Below, piece after piece: positions 51,870 through 64,000 of a stretch of DNA of 64,000 nucleotides. Location: positions 1 through 64,000 of the forward strand of contig ADNK01001740.1 of NCBI GenBank assembly GCA_000320545.1, read 5' to 3'. The notes below the pieces were generated by a model. That model was not told the DNA's origin. It searched no databases and saw nothing but the letters and a program-made list of their open reading frames with translations. Source of the DNA: Bigelowiella natans CCMP2755. Taxonomy: Eukaryota; Protista; Cercozoa. The translations under genes and the position numbers were made by a program. Numbering within the stretch: the stretch's first letter is position 1; every line of letters starts with the position of its first letter.

Positions 51870-53600
51870 ACATACATACATATATAATAGAGACCAAGCA
51901 AAGTATTTTATTGAATTAACCAGAGGTTAGACGTGGCCATTGAGAACGAAGAGCACCATAAAGATCTGGAACCTCTATAACCAGGGCGGAACCTGTCACA
52001 TAATGCGCTAAGGTCGTTGTTGTATGTTTGGTGTTGGCATTGTCTTTGCTGATTTCGCTGTGTGCTACTCTATGAACTCGTATAATGGGAAAACATTGTT
52101 CAAGAATTTGCCTATTTAATTCAAGACGGACGATGGTATCCGTCCCCTTGTCTTATAAAACTCTATATCAATTTATTTTGAGTTGAAATAAAAGCAAATC
52201 CGTCCTTATGTGCATTATTTCTTCCAGGTATCAATCCCGTAATGAGTTCTTCTTTCTCAGCCGATGAGAGTTAAGTTTTTATAAATCTCTCGATTCGTAT
52301 ATATATCTAGTATCGTTTCGTTCCCCTAATCTCCGTCTCCTTGCATTTCTCTCATTCCTCACCCATTGGAGGCCAGGCAGCAAATCCTGATCAAATAGCA
52401 TAAGAAACACATTCAGCATTCAGCATACATATAGTAATAAACCGGAAAGCATCAAGCTTTTGGCGGCAGAATAAGATACACCCATCGTTAGGAGAGAATG
52501 CTCTTTAGCTTGTACGCATCCCCACACGTGAAGCTGCAAATATCGCCATCTTCCGATAATACATGATTGTTCTTCCTGTTACTACTCGACGACCTCCTGC
52601 AGAAGAGCCTAATGCCACTCCATATTGATCTAAAGCTGAGAATAAACATTACAAGTCGAAAGTGAGGCGCCATCATGAGAAATACTCTGAGGAGTTCGTC
52701 TGGTTCAAAAAGCCGTTGCAGCAGCCGTTACCCCACCATAATCTATTGTGACCATCATTATCTCAGCAAATGCTAGAGACAATGTAGTATGGAACAGTAT
52801 TCATTCATCCCTTATCTTCATTCTACATGTTCAATACACATTGATTCGTCGTTCCGCCTATTCTTGTCTTACCGATATGCCGAGGAGTATTAGATGTCTC
52901 CTTCGATCGCCAGCAAAATTCCAGTCGTGCCGAAATTCCATATTCCTCAGATATCATAGTAACTTTACGTGACATCTGAGCATTCAGTGAAGGCTGCTGA
53001 CAGCACATGAGAGGGCAGCAGCATCCTACATACCTAACATAGTAACCGAGGCTGTTGATGTAACTTCCGGCGAATAGTGGGTTTTTACTAGATAATTGTT
53101 CGCGAGAGGAGGAGCAAGAGACCAAATAGTTTTAGCATTTTGATAAGGTTAAATGGAAGAAGACTGACATGAGGCATATGGCCGAGCGTGTGCGACATTT
53201 ATTTCCATCGTAAATACGATGTAACTCCGCTGAATATTAACAAGGCGCGAGTTAGTGGGATATAGTTTGAAGAACCTCCGATGGACTAGCTGTCTATACC
53301 TTCGATTTCCTCATATTGATCTTGTGAAAGGACAGAGGAAAGAGCAGAGATGTATTCTGGAAACTCGTGACTAAGAGAACCTAGTAGAAAGGTCTAATTG
53401 GTGGCTATTATGCTTACTATCTCTAGCTTATGCGGTTATGATACACAAAAGCTCGATTATCGATACTGATGGACAAACTGCAGCGATTTTGTCATTAAGG
53501 AAAAATAAGTGGAATAAGTATAGATGGCCTCGTTGGCTTGCTTGTGGTGAACAACGGTGAGAATACCTCCAAAGCAAAGCCATAATTCAACAGTCTTTTC
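47462..53600 (-). CDS. Tyrosine-kinase-type protein kinase, many exons (5' extent uncertain)
   Basis: Minus-strand exons GSGNFADTF (~51150-51180), DVALKIPK, KQHPNVLEFVGI, GIVHRDLACRN (49378-49410), VVIADYG/LSR, WIAPESFEGKFSTKSDIWMLG/VSIWEILTK and EDRPTAEAL. Confidence 0.8.
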
Positions 53601-54349
53601 CTGTTTACTCTTCGAGGAAGCAAAGGCTATAGGAGCAAGGAAAATGCGCCCTGTAATGGAACAAGCTGCAAGTCAAGGTTGTGCAGAACGTGACTGAACT
53701 GAAACGGAACCTTCTGGCTTCATCGAGAAGTGAGGGCCTAAGCATCAAAGCATTTTAGAAGAAGATCATGTTTGTTCCATGCTTCGACATCCCCACTAGT
53801 TAGAGTTGTTGATCTTAGTGTCCATTTGTTCCAAGGACCGAACTGACCAATCCCAAAGACTCACCGATTTTCGTGTACATCGCTCGTTCCGGGAAGACTG
53901 ACGTTTGCATTGAGTTTTGAGTAAACGCATGCCGTTTGCATGGTACGATGGCACTTCTGGTGTTGTCGCAGTGATGCATTTCAATGCCCAATTGCCCACA
54001 TCGCACGATGATCGCAGTTGGAGAACTCTGTCATTGACTGCCCAGACTGTCTCACCACTTTGAACATCTCTTGCTCAGAACCCCGCTAGCCCGGCTGTCA
54101 GCCATCTTTTGGACCACAACGAGCATTGCTCAGAGGTGGCCCTTGCACATTGCAGTCTTCTGGCCTTTGTGATGACTGAGTTGCGCGCAAAACCACAGCT
54201 AGCACAGGATCAACGTCGGTGAATTGCTTGGAGCTAATTTTCGGCAAAAATCATCGCCAGGTGTCACGCCGTTGCGCCAGCTCAGCACCCACCGAATCCT
54301 CTCTTTGTGAGAGAAAAACAGAAATTCTCATGGCTGGATGGTGATGTGC

Positions 54350-54960
54350 AATCCTCTGCTAGCTCTGCTAGCTAGCTAGCTGCTAGCTAGCTAGCCAGAG
54401 CCAGCTTGCCACTCTGGACCTCTGGACCTCGCTAGCTCGCTGGCTAGCTGGGTCTTCAGATGTCTGGCTAGCTGGACGTCTCTAACTAGCTAGGTCTAGA
54501 CTAGCAGAGGTCTCCAGACCAGCTAGTCAGGTTGTGTTCGGCTCCAGCTAGCTCTGGAGCTGGGGCTGGCTCTGGCTAGCTGGGGCTAGCTGGTGGGGTT
54601 CACTGGCGAAGCTGATGAGATGACGCGGTGTCGCTAGCTCTGCTAGTCTAGATCTATTGGTGGTGCTGCAATGTCACGCTTCTGTGCGCTGGCTCTGTTA
54701 GCTCTAGAGCTAGCTAGCTAGCTAGTCTGCGTCTGCACATGCTTCGACACTTTAATCGCTTCAATCAATGTGGTGAACATTGCGCATTCTAGCTAGCTCT
54801 AGAGATAGCATTGAACATCAATCAATGAACGGAGAATTGATGCAAAACGACGTGCTAGCGTGTGCAAGAATCAGACAGTTAAATGGGAGATCTAGAGATG
54901 TCCAAATGTGTGTTTAGTAGCGTTGCACACCCTAGCTACTAGGCTAGCCTAGCACGCAAC
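54350..54960. repeat. CTAG/CCAG/CTGG-rich low-complexity tract
   Basis: Runs such as GCTAGCTAGCTAGC interleaved with GCCAG, CTGG and TCTAGA. Confidence 0.75.
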
Positions 54961-55865
54961 ACTGCTAGACCGGATTAGTGGAGCAGAGGGGCGCCCTCAC
55001 TAGCTCACTAGCACAAACAGAAATCAATACGTTCATGGATTCAAGTCAACTACCCATAAATCTTTGATTTCTGAAGTTCTAAACGTTTGACTGACTAGTT
55101 TGCAAACCCATTGATGCACACGATCTACCTCAGTTGTTAATGTTTAAGAACCATGACACAATTAGCAAGAGACTAAGAATGCAGCCATTATAGCTGATTC
55201 AACAAACATTTAATTTATAATTTATGTTGTATTACACATCAGAGCCGTTTGAGGGATGATGATGTGGCATTAGTTTGATGGTAATGTATCCCATGCAAAG
55301 TAACGTATTAAGGTACACTTAGTTGCTTGACTCCTGAAATTCGCGATTGATTAACCAGAACTTGGTTAACTGTAATCGATGACTAGAACTAAAGTAACAA
55401 TTTTGAAACAAATAATAATTTTCTACTTTTTATAATTTTCTCTTGAACTTTTTGTTCGACATAAACAAGCATGCACGTTGGGCTATGTACTGGAATTGTT
55501 TACTTTGGATATGCCCGTGCATCTACTCTCTCATGTTCCGATGATCCTTCTCTAGTTCTCCAGCCACAGATTTGTGATAATTCGAGTGTCAGTAGGTTCA
55601 TCCCCCTTTCCTTTCCCTTTTCAATCAAGTGCGTCTTCTCATAATAAAGATACGTCCTCATCGTATCCATCACATACGTCCTCATCGTATCCATCACAAC
55701 ATACTCCCCCAACACCCAACATGATTGAAGAGTCCTACATGGTATGACGCATTACCACTTCTAGATGAGCCTACGATGAGCACGATAATTCTGAACCTCC
55801 ACCTTCTTATTTCAGTCCTCTTTTCGATATTGAGCAGGAAAAAATAATCTCTAATAATATAAACT

Positions 55866-57239
55866 TTAGTGCATTCGTTTTTCATGCTGGGCTAGAGTAC
55901 TTCGCTGGTTAAATCTTTTCCCACATTGTTTGCATCCATAAGGCTTTTCTCCAGTATGAATCATCATGTGTCGTTTTAAATTATATTTATTATCAAAGCT
56001 CTTTGAACACAACGGACAAACAAATGGTCTTAAAGAAAAAGGATTTGCATTTGCACTGGAGTTGTGAGTTCCTGTTTTTACGTGATTTCTCAGTGCATCC
56101 ATTTCTGAAAAACGCTCGTTACACACAGGGCAAGCAAATGGCTTCTGTTCTATAGCTCTTAGAACAAGATTAATCTTTCTCAATCGCATTTCTTCATGAT
56201 CTCTGGCTTCTAGCTGCATTTTTAGTTGTGCATATCGTTTCATATCCTCATCTGAGGCACTCGCTTTGTTTCCTCGAAGACCTCCCATAATTTCTTGCTG
56301 TCTGGCAGCATTCATCTGCATCTTTAATTTCTGGTATGGTGTGATATCTCCCACAGCAGATGCAGTACCGTTTCGCTGCGACAGCGGATGAAGTTGAACA
56401 TGCCGAGGCATATTATGAGGTGCTGTGGACAGCTGAGCATATGAAGATTCTGGGATTCTAGTGTCTTTCTGTCGTAATTGATTTTCTTGGATTTGGGAAT
56501 ACATGCTGCTACTTCTTTCTGTTTTTCCCGGTGATGGATATTGATGCCGTTGTTGATTAAGACTCAGCCCAAAAGGGCTAGCGGGGGAGGATTCCCTTCG
56601 CAAAATGTATCTTGCCGTATCGGGTCTTCGAAGGACTGGAAGATCTTCCGTTTCCATATCACCGGGCCCTTGTGGATGAGTACGGGCTACGGATTCTAAG
56701 AGTCCATTTTCTTTAGCATTGATAAGAGCAAGTCGCATCATTTGCTGCTTTTCTCTTGATGATAAGGAACCAAAACGTGATGCAAAGAATTCTCGGGATA
56801 TATTTGGAATGCTTCCCATTTTTAAGTCGCTCTGGTCATTCGAGCTCATTAAATTTCGTGTTGTAACAGAAGCAGGTGCATGAACAAACTGTTGTTGCGC
56901 TGGATTACTTCTCCTTATTGGCATCATGTTGGCTAAATTACGTGTAAAGATTAAAAACTGATGTAATGCAGCAAACGAACATTTTGTACCTAGTGCTGAA
57001 GGTGGAAGATCCATTGCCCTATTGACTGGTCTGGGGGTAGGAGATAAGATTCTTTTTGTTGCTCGGCTGACAGATGCAGAAGACGAAGACATGTTTCGTT
57101 TTGTTGGATGTGGTCCTGCTGATCGAACGATGTTATCAGGCTCAACCAAAACCGTTTGAAGCCTGCAAAGACGATTCCAATCGCTTGTATCTCCTCTAGA
57201 TGTTCTAACGGTGTTAACGTTTTGAGAGCCTGCGAACAA
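55866..57239 (-). CDS. C2H2 zinc-finger transcription factor (3 C-terminal fingers); further 5' exons possible up to about 58470
   Basis: FACPVCNERFSEMDALRNHVKTGTH, FVCPLCSKSFDNKYNLKRHMMIH-TGEKPY-GCKQCGKRFNQRSTLAQHEKRMH. Confidence 0.9.
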   Translation of the reverse strand: MFAGSQNVNTVRTSRGDTSDWNRLCRLQTVLVEPDNIVRSAGPHPTKRNMSSSSASVSRATKRILSPTPRPVNRAMDLPPSALGTKCSFAALHQFLIFTRNLANMMPIRRSNPAQQQFVHAPASVTTRNLMSSNDQSDLKMGSIPNISREFFASRFGSLSSREKQQMMRLALINAKENGLLESVARTHPQGPGDMETEDLPVLRRPDTARYILRRESSPASPFGLSLNQQRHQYPSPGKTERSSSMYSQIQENQLRQKDTRIPESSYAQLSTAPHNMPRHVQLHPLSQRNGTASAVGDITPYQKLKMQMNAARQQEIMGGLRGNKASASDEDMKRYAQLKMQLEARDHEEMRLRKINLVLRAIEQKPFACPVCNERFSEMDALRNHVKTGTHNSSANANPFSLRPFVCPLCSKSFDNKYNLKRHMMIHTGEKPYGCKQCGKRFNQRSTLAQHEKRMH

Positions 57240-59087
57240 AAATCGAACATGTTTTGGACTGGCTTAACAAAGCTACGAGATAGGAACTAACAAATTTTAC
57301 GATGTTTATCTGCAAAAGGACATCTGCAGCGTGTGGCATCCGTTTAAAAAAAAATATCTCCAGTTTGAAGTGATGCAACGATGCATCAAATGTCATGTGT
57401 GGATGCTGGGGAAACGCACAATCAGATGAAACATGTTTGTGTGTGCTCTTAAGATTCATTGCAGATAGGAAAAGTAAATGAGGCAAGAAAGGTCAAACGG
57501 AGTAAAAGATTTAGTCTCTCAACCAGATTTTGCAAATTCATCCATGGCATCTTGTGTCTGTCCTTCCATTATTCTACTTGTTTGTCCGCCTGCTTGTGCC
57601 TACCTTTCTCTGATAGAGAGAAGTTGACTCGCTGGTGGCGCGCCTTTCGTCGTGAATTTGACCTTTAAGAGATTTGAATATTGCGGATGTTGGCTTCCGA
57701 ACAACAATGAGCGACTGTTTCAATATCGCGACAAAAATGTAAGAATTGTCGTAGTTTCCTAACGTACCTGCATTACGTTTGCCGAGGAAATATGAAGTGG
57801 AAGCATGGATTTCAGGTTTTGTACGGAGAAATCCTCAAAAAGGGGTACCAGATGACAGGCTGTTTTTTATTTAAATGCCTGCAAAAATTAAAGTTAACAA
57901 AGTTACGTCTGGAAAAACAAACGTCTTACACAGATAGCGCACATTGCGTGTGTGTGCGAATCCAACAACTAGAACCATTTTTTAGGATTCTAGCCAACAA
58001 TCCGGATTGAACACAATTCATTTTCGATTTCTTTTGGACAAAAGCATTGAAAAGTTGCAAATAATTCTGGTGGATCGTCATTTCGGTGGCGTCATTTGAA
58101 TCTGAGTTACTCATCCGACGAATATCCAGTTTTCGCATGCGTTCTTCCGTGTAGCTGGAGCTCGAAAACTCCAAATTCCTTTGTAAATTGGTGCAGAGAA
58201 AAGCGCAAGGTCAGCATCTTTAGTTTCCCTGAAACACACTTGAATGTTGTAGTTGATGCTCACGTTTGAGGTGGAAAATGCGTTGGATTCAACCCGATTG
58301 TTGTCACACTCGAACAAAATGTGCCGAAGAATCCAAGTGTGGGGGCATCTGTGTCCACTAATGAAAAGAAGCATGTGACGCATGCGCACGCGCGGTGAAT
58401 AGCAGCGGTCACTGTACGAGCTAGCACTATCAATCTTGCACACCCTACAAAATGCTTCACTTCCTGTCAACTGAAGTACCGGAAAATTTATGAGTGCTCA
58501 CTTGTCAGGATGTTCCTTTGGGATCTTTACCACAATCATGCAAAAATGAACAGCAAACATTGAACTTCGCAATTCGCAATTTTGCAAAATGATTTTGACA
58601 ACCTGCAGACGATTTTTTGTTGACGTCATGTTAGAAATGAAAACTTTTTGTGTGCTTTCAGCCTTCGCACAGGCTGATCCGTTTTCCAAGTCGCTTTTGC
58701 TGGAATCTAACTAGCTTGTTGGCCGGGGTGTGGGGATTTTGTTGAAACGTTGAGATCAAGTGATCATCAGAACCAATCAAGAATGTGCTTCTTGTCATTT
58801 GTTCGAACCATGCGGCGCATGTTGAACGCAGATTTGCACTCAGCGTTGGCACAACCATTGCATTGCCTGTTGTTGTCTGTCTTTCAGTGCATTGCATGCA
58901 TGTTTGATCGAACAAAGCGCACACTCACTGGCATGTCAATTTGCATCAGTTTTGTTGTCCTGGGATGGTAGCACAGAATCAACAATGCACATCAGACATC
59001 ACAGGTGCATCGTGCCAACGATTTGAACTAGACACATGCACATGCATCATTTTTCTTCGAAAGGGCGATTCAGCAACTCTGGAACTG

Positions 59088-59168
59088 AATTGCCCCTTGC
59101 TCCATCAATCCATTCATTCAAAAGGAGAAAATTGCCCTTCACTTCATCAAATTATTCATTTAAAAGGA
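59088..59168 (+). repeat. Diverged 39-bp direct repeat, two copies (59088-59126, 59130-59168)
   Basis: AATTGCCCCTTGCTCCATCAATCCATTCATTCAAAAGGA vs AATTGCCCTTCACTTCATCAAATTATTCATTTAAAAGGA. Confidence 0.75.
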
Positions 59169-59289
59169 ACATCTACTACATCGCATGTGTTTGAATTCGC
59201 ATTCCATGCCCTGAAATCTTGCTCCATATGATGCAGTACATCGAGGATGGAAAACCTGCGTATTGCAAACAAGTAGCAAGCAGCATAAT

Positions 59290-60993
59290 TTACAATTCAT
59301 GGGTACTTCCCACGTGTAACATAGCAGAATGCTTCAACAGGACCTCATAGTTCATGCAAAAAGGCTATATGAGAATTTAAAGTAACAGATCCTGTTAAAG
59401 CCGTTTACCACCTTTGATTGGGGTCCAGACGTAACATCCCCTTGACAAGGCTCTTCGTCCTGTTTCCGAACCTCGTTAACGCATCGGGGACATTATACGG
59501 CAACACATCCTTATCCTGTAATGGTCGAAGTGAATATAAGATATTATTATAGCGTTATCGGAAAATATGCTACGGTAAATAAACAACAGCGACCAGAAGG
59601 TGGGAGTCCATAACATCCGAAGGTTTCATTCCTTGATAGGGAGGAGTGCGTATTAGCAACTCCACTACTACTATCCCAAACGACCAAACATCGCTCTTGA
59701 GAACAGGTCGACCCTTAGTATGCTCGGGAGATTTGTATATTGTTGTTCCTGTACATATATGCTTCATCAGAAGACGGAGCTAAATTATGGGAATAGTGCC
59801 CACCATTAGAGTTGTCTTTTAGCTCCAACGATGATTCGTAGGCAGAAAAACCTGTAGCGGGAGAAGAACAGGACATGTATTACAAATCTGATAACCAATG
59901 AAGCATAAATTTCTTTAGCAGATTCTTCCCGCTCCAATCCAAAAAGTTGTGAATATTTCGTACATGAAAGAAGAGAGATAAGCTTAGGTACTACCAAAAT
60001 CAGATAGGTAAGCGTGTTCTCCTTTCAAGAGAATGTTTCCAGGCTTGACGTCCCTTCATAGATTAAACAACCGAATAGTACTTTTGTTGAAATTCACCAT
60101 AGCCGTACATATTTAGAGAACGCACGTACATATGAATCAGCTTGTTTGAGTGGAGAAAACTTAACGCTGTTGCGATCTCATAAAGTAACGACTTTGATCT
60201 GGCTTTTGAAATGCTGCTACAGCTTCCTGCTTTACAGTACTTCTCTAAGGTCCGATCAAAAAGTGGCATAACTAGGCCTCGGTACTTGAATGTTCTGCGT
60301 GAATCCAGCACAGTAACAATTCTCTGGAAACGTCCATCATCTAGCATTTTCGCAATAAACAGTTCGTTCCTCCTGGTTTTTATTGAAAAATACATTGATA
60401 ATATTATTGAAAGACTTCTTTGCCAGGGAAACATTTTTGTCTTTCATTGATTCTTACCATGATTCGTAAGATGAGAGCCATTTTTCAGAAGTCTTCTCCA
60501 CTATCTTGACTGCAACTTCCCTGCCTTTGCCATGCCCCCCAGTGGAGCCGGTTGTTCTATACTGACCATAATACACTGTTCCAGAGGAACCTTCTCCTAG
60601 AACCCTGTGAAGAAATACGTCGACTTCTCCGTTGTCCATCTTATATTTAATGATCATTGTCTGTGAAACAAAGAATGGAGGGCTTAAAAGGAATGAAGCC
60701 AGATCTAGCTTATGTTTATTGGGTTACTTAATTGGATAAAACCCTATCTTCCACTGGCTGCTTCGCAGTCTTAGCCTTTCTTAAAGTCCCCAGACTTAGA
60801 TTCTCGATTTGCTTTAGGATTTTTTCAGTGCCAAACAGGGCTTCTGTGCCACAAAGTTTTTGTGGATCCACATTTTCTTCCTAATACCCAAGGAGGCACA
60901 ATGATGGCAGTGAAGTCTGTTGCAAATGATATTTTTTACCTCTGGCCGAATACACCCGTGAAGCCCGTGCTTTTCGTCACAGAGCGATGCCAT
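59290..60993 (-). CDS. Ser/Thr protein kinase, multi-exon (ends approximate)
   Basis: LGEGSSGTVYYG, EVAVKIV, NELFIAK, LSFLHSNKLIH/RDVKPGNILL, YLSDF, GTTIYKSPE, KSDVWSFGIVVVELL and LRLDPNQR. Confidence 0.88.
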
Positions 60994-62198
60994 ATGGACG
61001 AGCTAATCACTTTCGTGATTAGCCAGGAAGGGAATTTGCGAACTAGATAGGATCTCCTTCAATGGCAGAATCGTGAGAGAGCCGTTGATTGGCAAGTCGC
61101 ACTTCAATTTTTTTAAAACCAATTTCCATTCGTTTGTTAAGTTCAAAGATGTTACTTCTTTCTAATAAAATGACAAAAAAGCCTTAGATAACCATTGGAT
61201 AACTGGGGAAAAGTAAGCAATTTTGCAGACTTTTCGTCGGTGTGCCTCAGAGCTTAATCTGAAATTGCAAGGATTATTTTTTGTCGGGAGTTTACTGCCT
61301 CCAAACCCCAATCAAGAATTGTAAATCTACGATCTGCTTTGGTCGTCGTTATGTCTGGAATAAAAGTGAAAATTTTAATTGCGACTTGATGATTACCCTA
61401 AAATATGGGGTGAATTCCGATCAAATAGTTTGATTGATGAGTTCCAACAGGGCTTGTAAGAATTACCTTGCTCGGGCAGATTTCGTCCTTCTTCAAGATC
61501 GTCTACATTTTACACTGCTATTACGAGAGTAGTGCGAAATACGTGAAAATTGCAGCGCGATTTGGGTTACGTTTTTTCCCCGGAAGCAGGAGTACGTGGA
61601 AGGGTCCTCCTTACGACAATAATATATTTATGTCGTTCTAATTATTTATACAGCATTTTACAATTAATCTCTTGCACTAAAAAGAGCCGCGAGGAGAAAA
61701 TTGGAGGCGATTTTAGACGGATCGATAACATTTTATGTCCCAAAAACAACATTCATCTGCGTATCTCATCTGTCAAACCAGGATCTGGGAATCGAACACC
61801 TTTCCCCCCCTTCCCGCACTTTCTCGAGCTCTCAGGCCCTGTTCTCGCAATAATTTTCGGATTGAACAGTAGGAACTAAAGAGAATAGGTGGAAGGAAGT
61901 ATGGACGGGGAGGAGGACTACAAGATTCTTAGGGTAGCAGAACTTTGTTGTTTTGTGAACCCATACCTTAGTAAACGTCAATCTTAGATTCACACACACA
62001 CGATGCAACGCATTCATCGAAAAAATATGGAAGTCCGGAAAACCTGTAGAGAATTTCATTTCGCAACGAAAAATTCTCACCGTAGTTTTGGTTTGATTCG
62101 AAAGAAATAGCTACCACCGCTTGCGAGCAACATGTTAGCCAAAAATCACATGGTCGATGTTGGATCACATGTGACTGACTAATTAGGCAAATTGGGAG

Positions 62199-62699
62199 AT
62201 GGCGCGGCGAGAGACCGCCCTGAAACGTAAGAGAAGACGTGAGGAGGAGAAGAAAGGACAGGCTAAACGACTTAAGGGTGTAGAGGGAAAGGGGACCGAG
62301 CTGGACAAAAAGTTCTTAGAGAGTTTAAAGAAACTTAAGGTCAAAGAGCTCAAGCTTATCTGTATGGGAAATCATCTTTTCAAATCTGGATCCAAACCGC
62401 AGTTGATAGAAAGAATATTCATGACAAACAAGCATGGTGGTGCTGGGCCATGTCCTAAATGCGCGCACAATCTGTTCATATTCTTCGATGAAACCACGGA
62501 TGAGCCAACAGGCCTCGAATGTCGTAATACGAGTCTTTACCGTGAAAGATGTCCTCATAAGGCTACGATTACCCCTTCAAACAAGTCCACGGTTCTAACA
62601 CACACGCTAAGAGACACGAAAGATGGCCTGTTGCAGTCTGTAGGAATTATAACACAGGAGATAGCCCCCGACTCCGATCCATCTCAACCTGACAAATAA
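62199..62699 (+). CDS. Stand-alone PADR1 (PARP Zn3-like) domain protein with basic N-terminus
   Basis: LKVKELKLICMGNHLFKSGSKPQLIERI..HGGAGPCPKC...LECRN...RCPH resembles the PADR1 helical-plus-C4 pattern. NLS-like KRKRRR. Intronless, 166 aa. Confidence 0.7.
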   Translation: MARRETALKRKRRREEEKKGQAKRLKGVEGKGTELDKKFLESLKKLKVKELKLICMGNHLFKSGSKPQLIERIFMTNKHGGAGPCPKCAHNLFIFFDETTDEPTGLECRNTSLYRERCPHKATITPSNKSTVLTHTLRDTKDGLLQSVGIITQEIAPDSDPSQPDK

Positions 62700-63184
62700 A
62701 AGCTGCCAAGATGCAAAGATTTTATATAACACTTGACATTAATTTGAGTGCCTATAGCTGTAAATCCCACAAATCAATTTTATTACTACGAAGTGCAGAC
62801 GATTATATTTTATATATCTGCAGTCTTACTCTACACCATAGCATTGCATCTCTTCCGCTCTTGGCCCTCATCAGAATTAATACGTACTCATATGATTTCT
62901 ACTTGGTATCTTGGCACCAAACCTAATCCACATTAAGATCTTACGATCTTCAATCGGGGGAAGAAATTTTGGGGAAATTACGACCTAGATGTTAGCTTCG
63001 ATCCTTATGCTGTGTTAGACTAATGTCTTATCTAGCAGTTTAAGTAATTCGTAAAGCGGACACATTATTAAATGAGTAAACATCAAGACATAATGCACAC
63101 TCTTTCATGTGCATTCAATAGCATTGCATGCGTCGAAGCCGCCAAGACAAATACACATGGACAAAAAACACAGCTATGCTCGAT

Positions 63185-63220
<36 letters not shown>

Positions 63221-64000
63221 CTAGACTTGCATATGCAATCTACAAATACAAAGAATGCTAGACTGGCTTATGTGAGTAAATTTTTAAGATATGTGCACTG
63301 GGAGACACAGTCGACATGTGCCTTTGAAAAGAGACAGGTGTAAACGACCAGACACACATCACTACGCTTGCCTCCATTAATAAACTATTTAATTATAATT
63401 TTGCTACGCTAGTACATGTGCGCATGGAAACTAGCGATTTGCACAAAATATCGAATTGGCAATTAAATTTTGAAAACAGGAGTGCGCTCTATAAGTGTGC
63501 TAGTCTAGTACGTAGTGTAGGCGCAGTTGTCAAGCGAAGGCTAATAACATGGACTAGTTACAGAAGTCTAAATGGACTCATGTTTTGTGCATGCGTTATT
63601 TAGATGTACGTATGACGAGCAATGTGTGCATTTGCTCTGATGTGCAGTTTGCATTTTGCTAGTTTATGTCCTGCATTCCTATCTAGCTATGCATTCACGT
63701 GTCGCGCGTGCAGCGCACGTGCATCACATGACGCACGTGTTCAACACACGGTGCTTGCTTGTCATGCTGCGGCAACGCTAGAACGACACGAAAGCGTCTA
63801 GAAAATGCGTGAAATTGTCGTTTATTTTTTTGCCGCTTCTCGGCACACGCGAGTAGCTAGCAAGGCTCACAAGTAATATGGGCAGCCCTCGCTAGCTAGA
63901 CTTTTTTGCATGGGCATCGATCATTGAACAATCGCGCCTTGTTCAAAATTGCAATGGACAAGGTCATGGTCTAGAGTTGTGCACTGCAAGTGCAAAATGT

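Noticed and set aside
9313-51870. Numerous (CA)n, (GA)n, (TA)n and (TAG)n microsatellites and the short ORFs made from them (YIYI, ERER, CVCV)
   Set aside because: Ordinary intronic simple repeats; the ORFs are translation artefacts.
55650-55697. Perfect 24-bp tandem duplication ATACGTCCTCATCGTATCCATCAC x2
   Set aside because: Only two adjacent copies with no spacer; a local slippage duplication, not a CRISPR array.

Overview
Intron-rich eukaryotic nuclear DNA, probably a chlorarachniophyte alga such as Bigelowiella (inference from the short microsatellite-filled introns and the integrated virophage). Bases 1-7229 are the right arm of an AT-rich integrated virophage: Sputnik-type major capsid protein, ribonucleotide reductase small subunit, Polinton-type rve integrase, a Kelch-repeat cargo gene, a frameshifted Zn-finger gene, subterminal repeats and a Polinton-like ...TATTATTACT end. 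The rest holds about 11 host genes: SWEET transporter, GH16 glucanase, pseudokinase, SPF30/SMNDC1, CobW/ZNG1 GTPase, C2-domain inositol 5-phosphatase, kinesin, tyrosine kinase, C2H2 Zn-finger protein, Ser/Thr kinase and a stand-alone PADR1 protein. There is also a hAT-type non-autonomous element with an 8-bp target-site duplication. The most unusual signal is intergenic. The spacers next to gene 3' ends have lost most TpA dinucleotides except inside CTAG, and paired repeat copies point to TA->TG/CA change. Genes, head-to-head promoter spacers and the provirophage are unaffected. This suggests a region-targeted, RIP-like T:A->C:G mutational or base-modification system that I do not recognise as described. 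Exon boundaries and counts were read by eye and are approximate.
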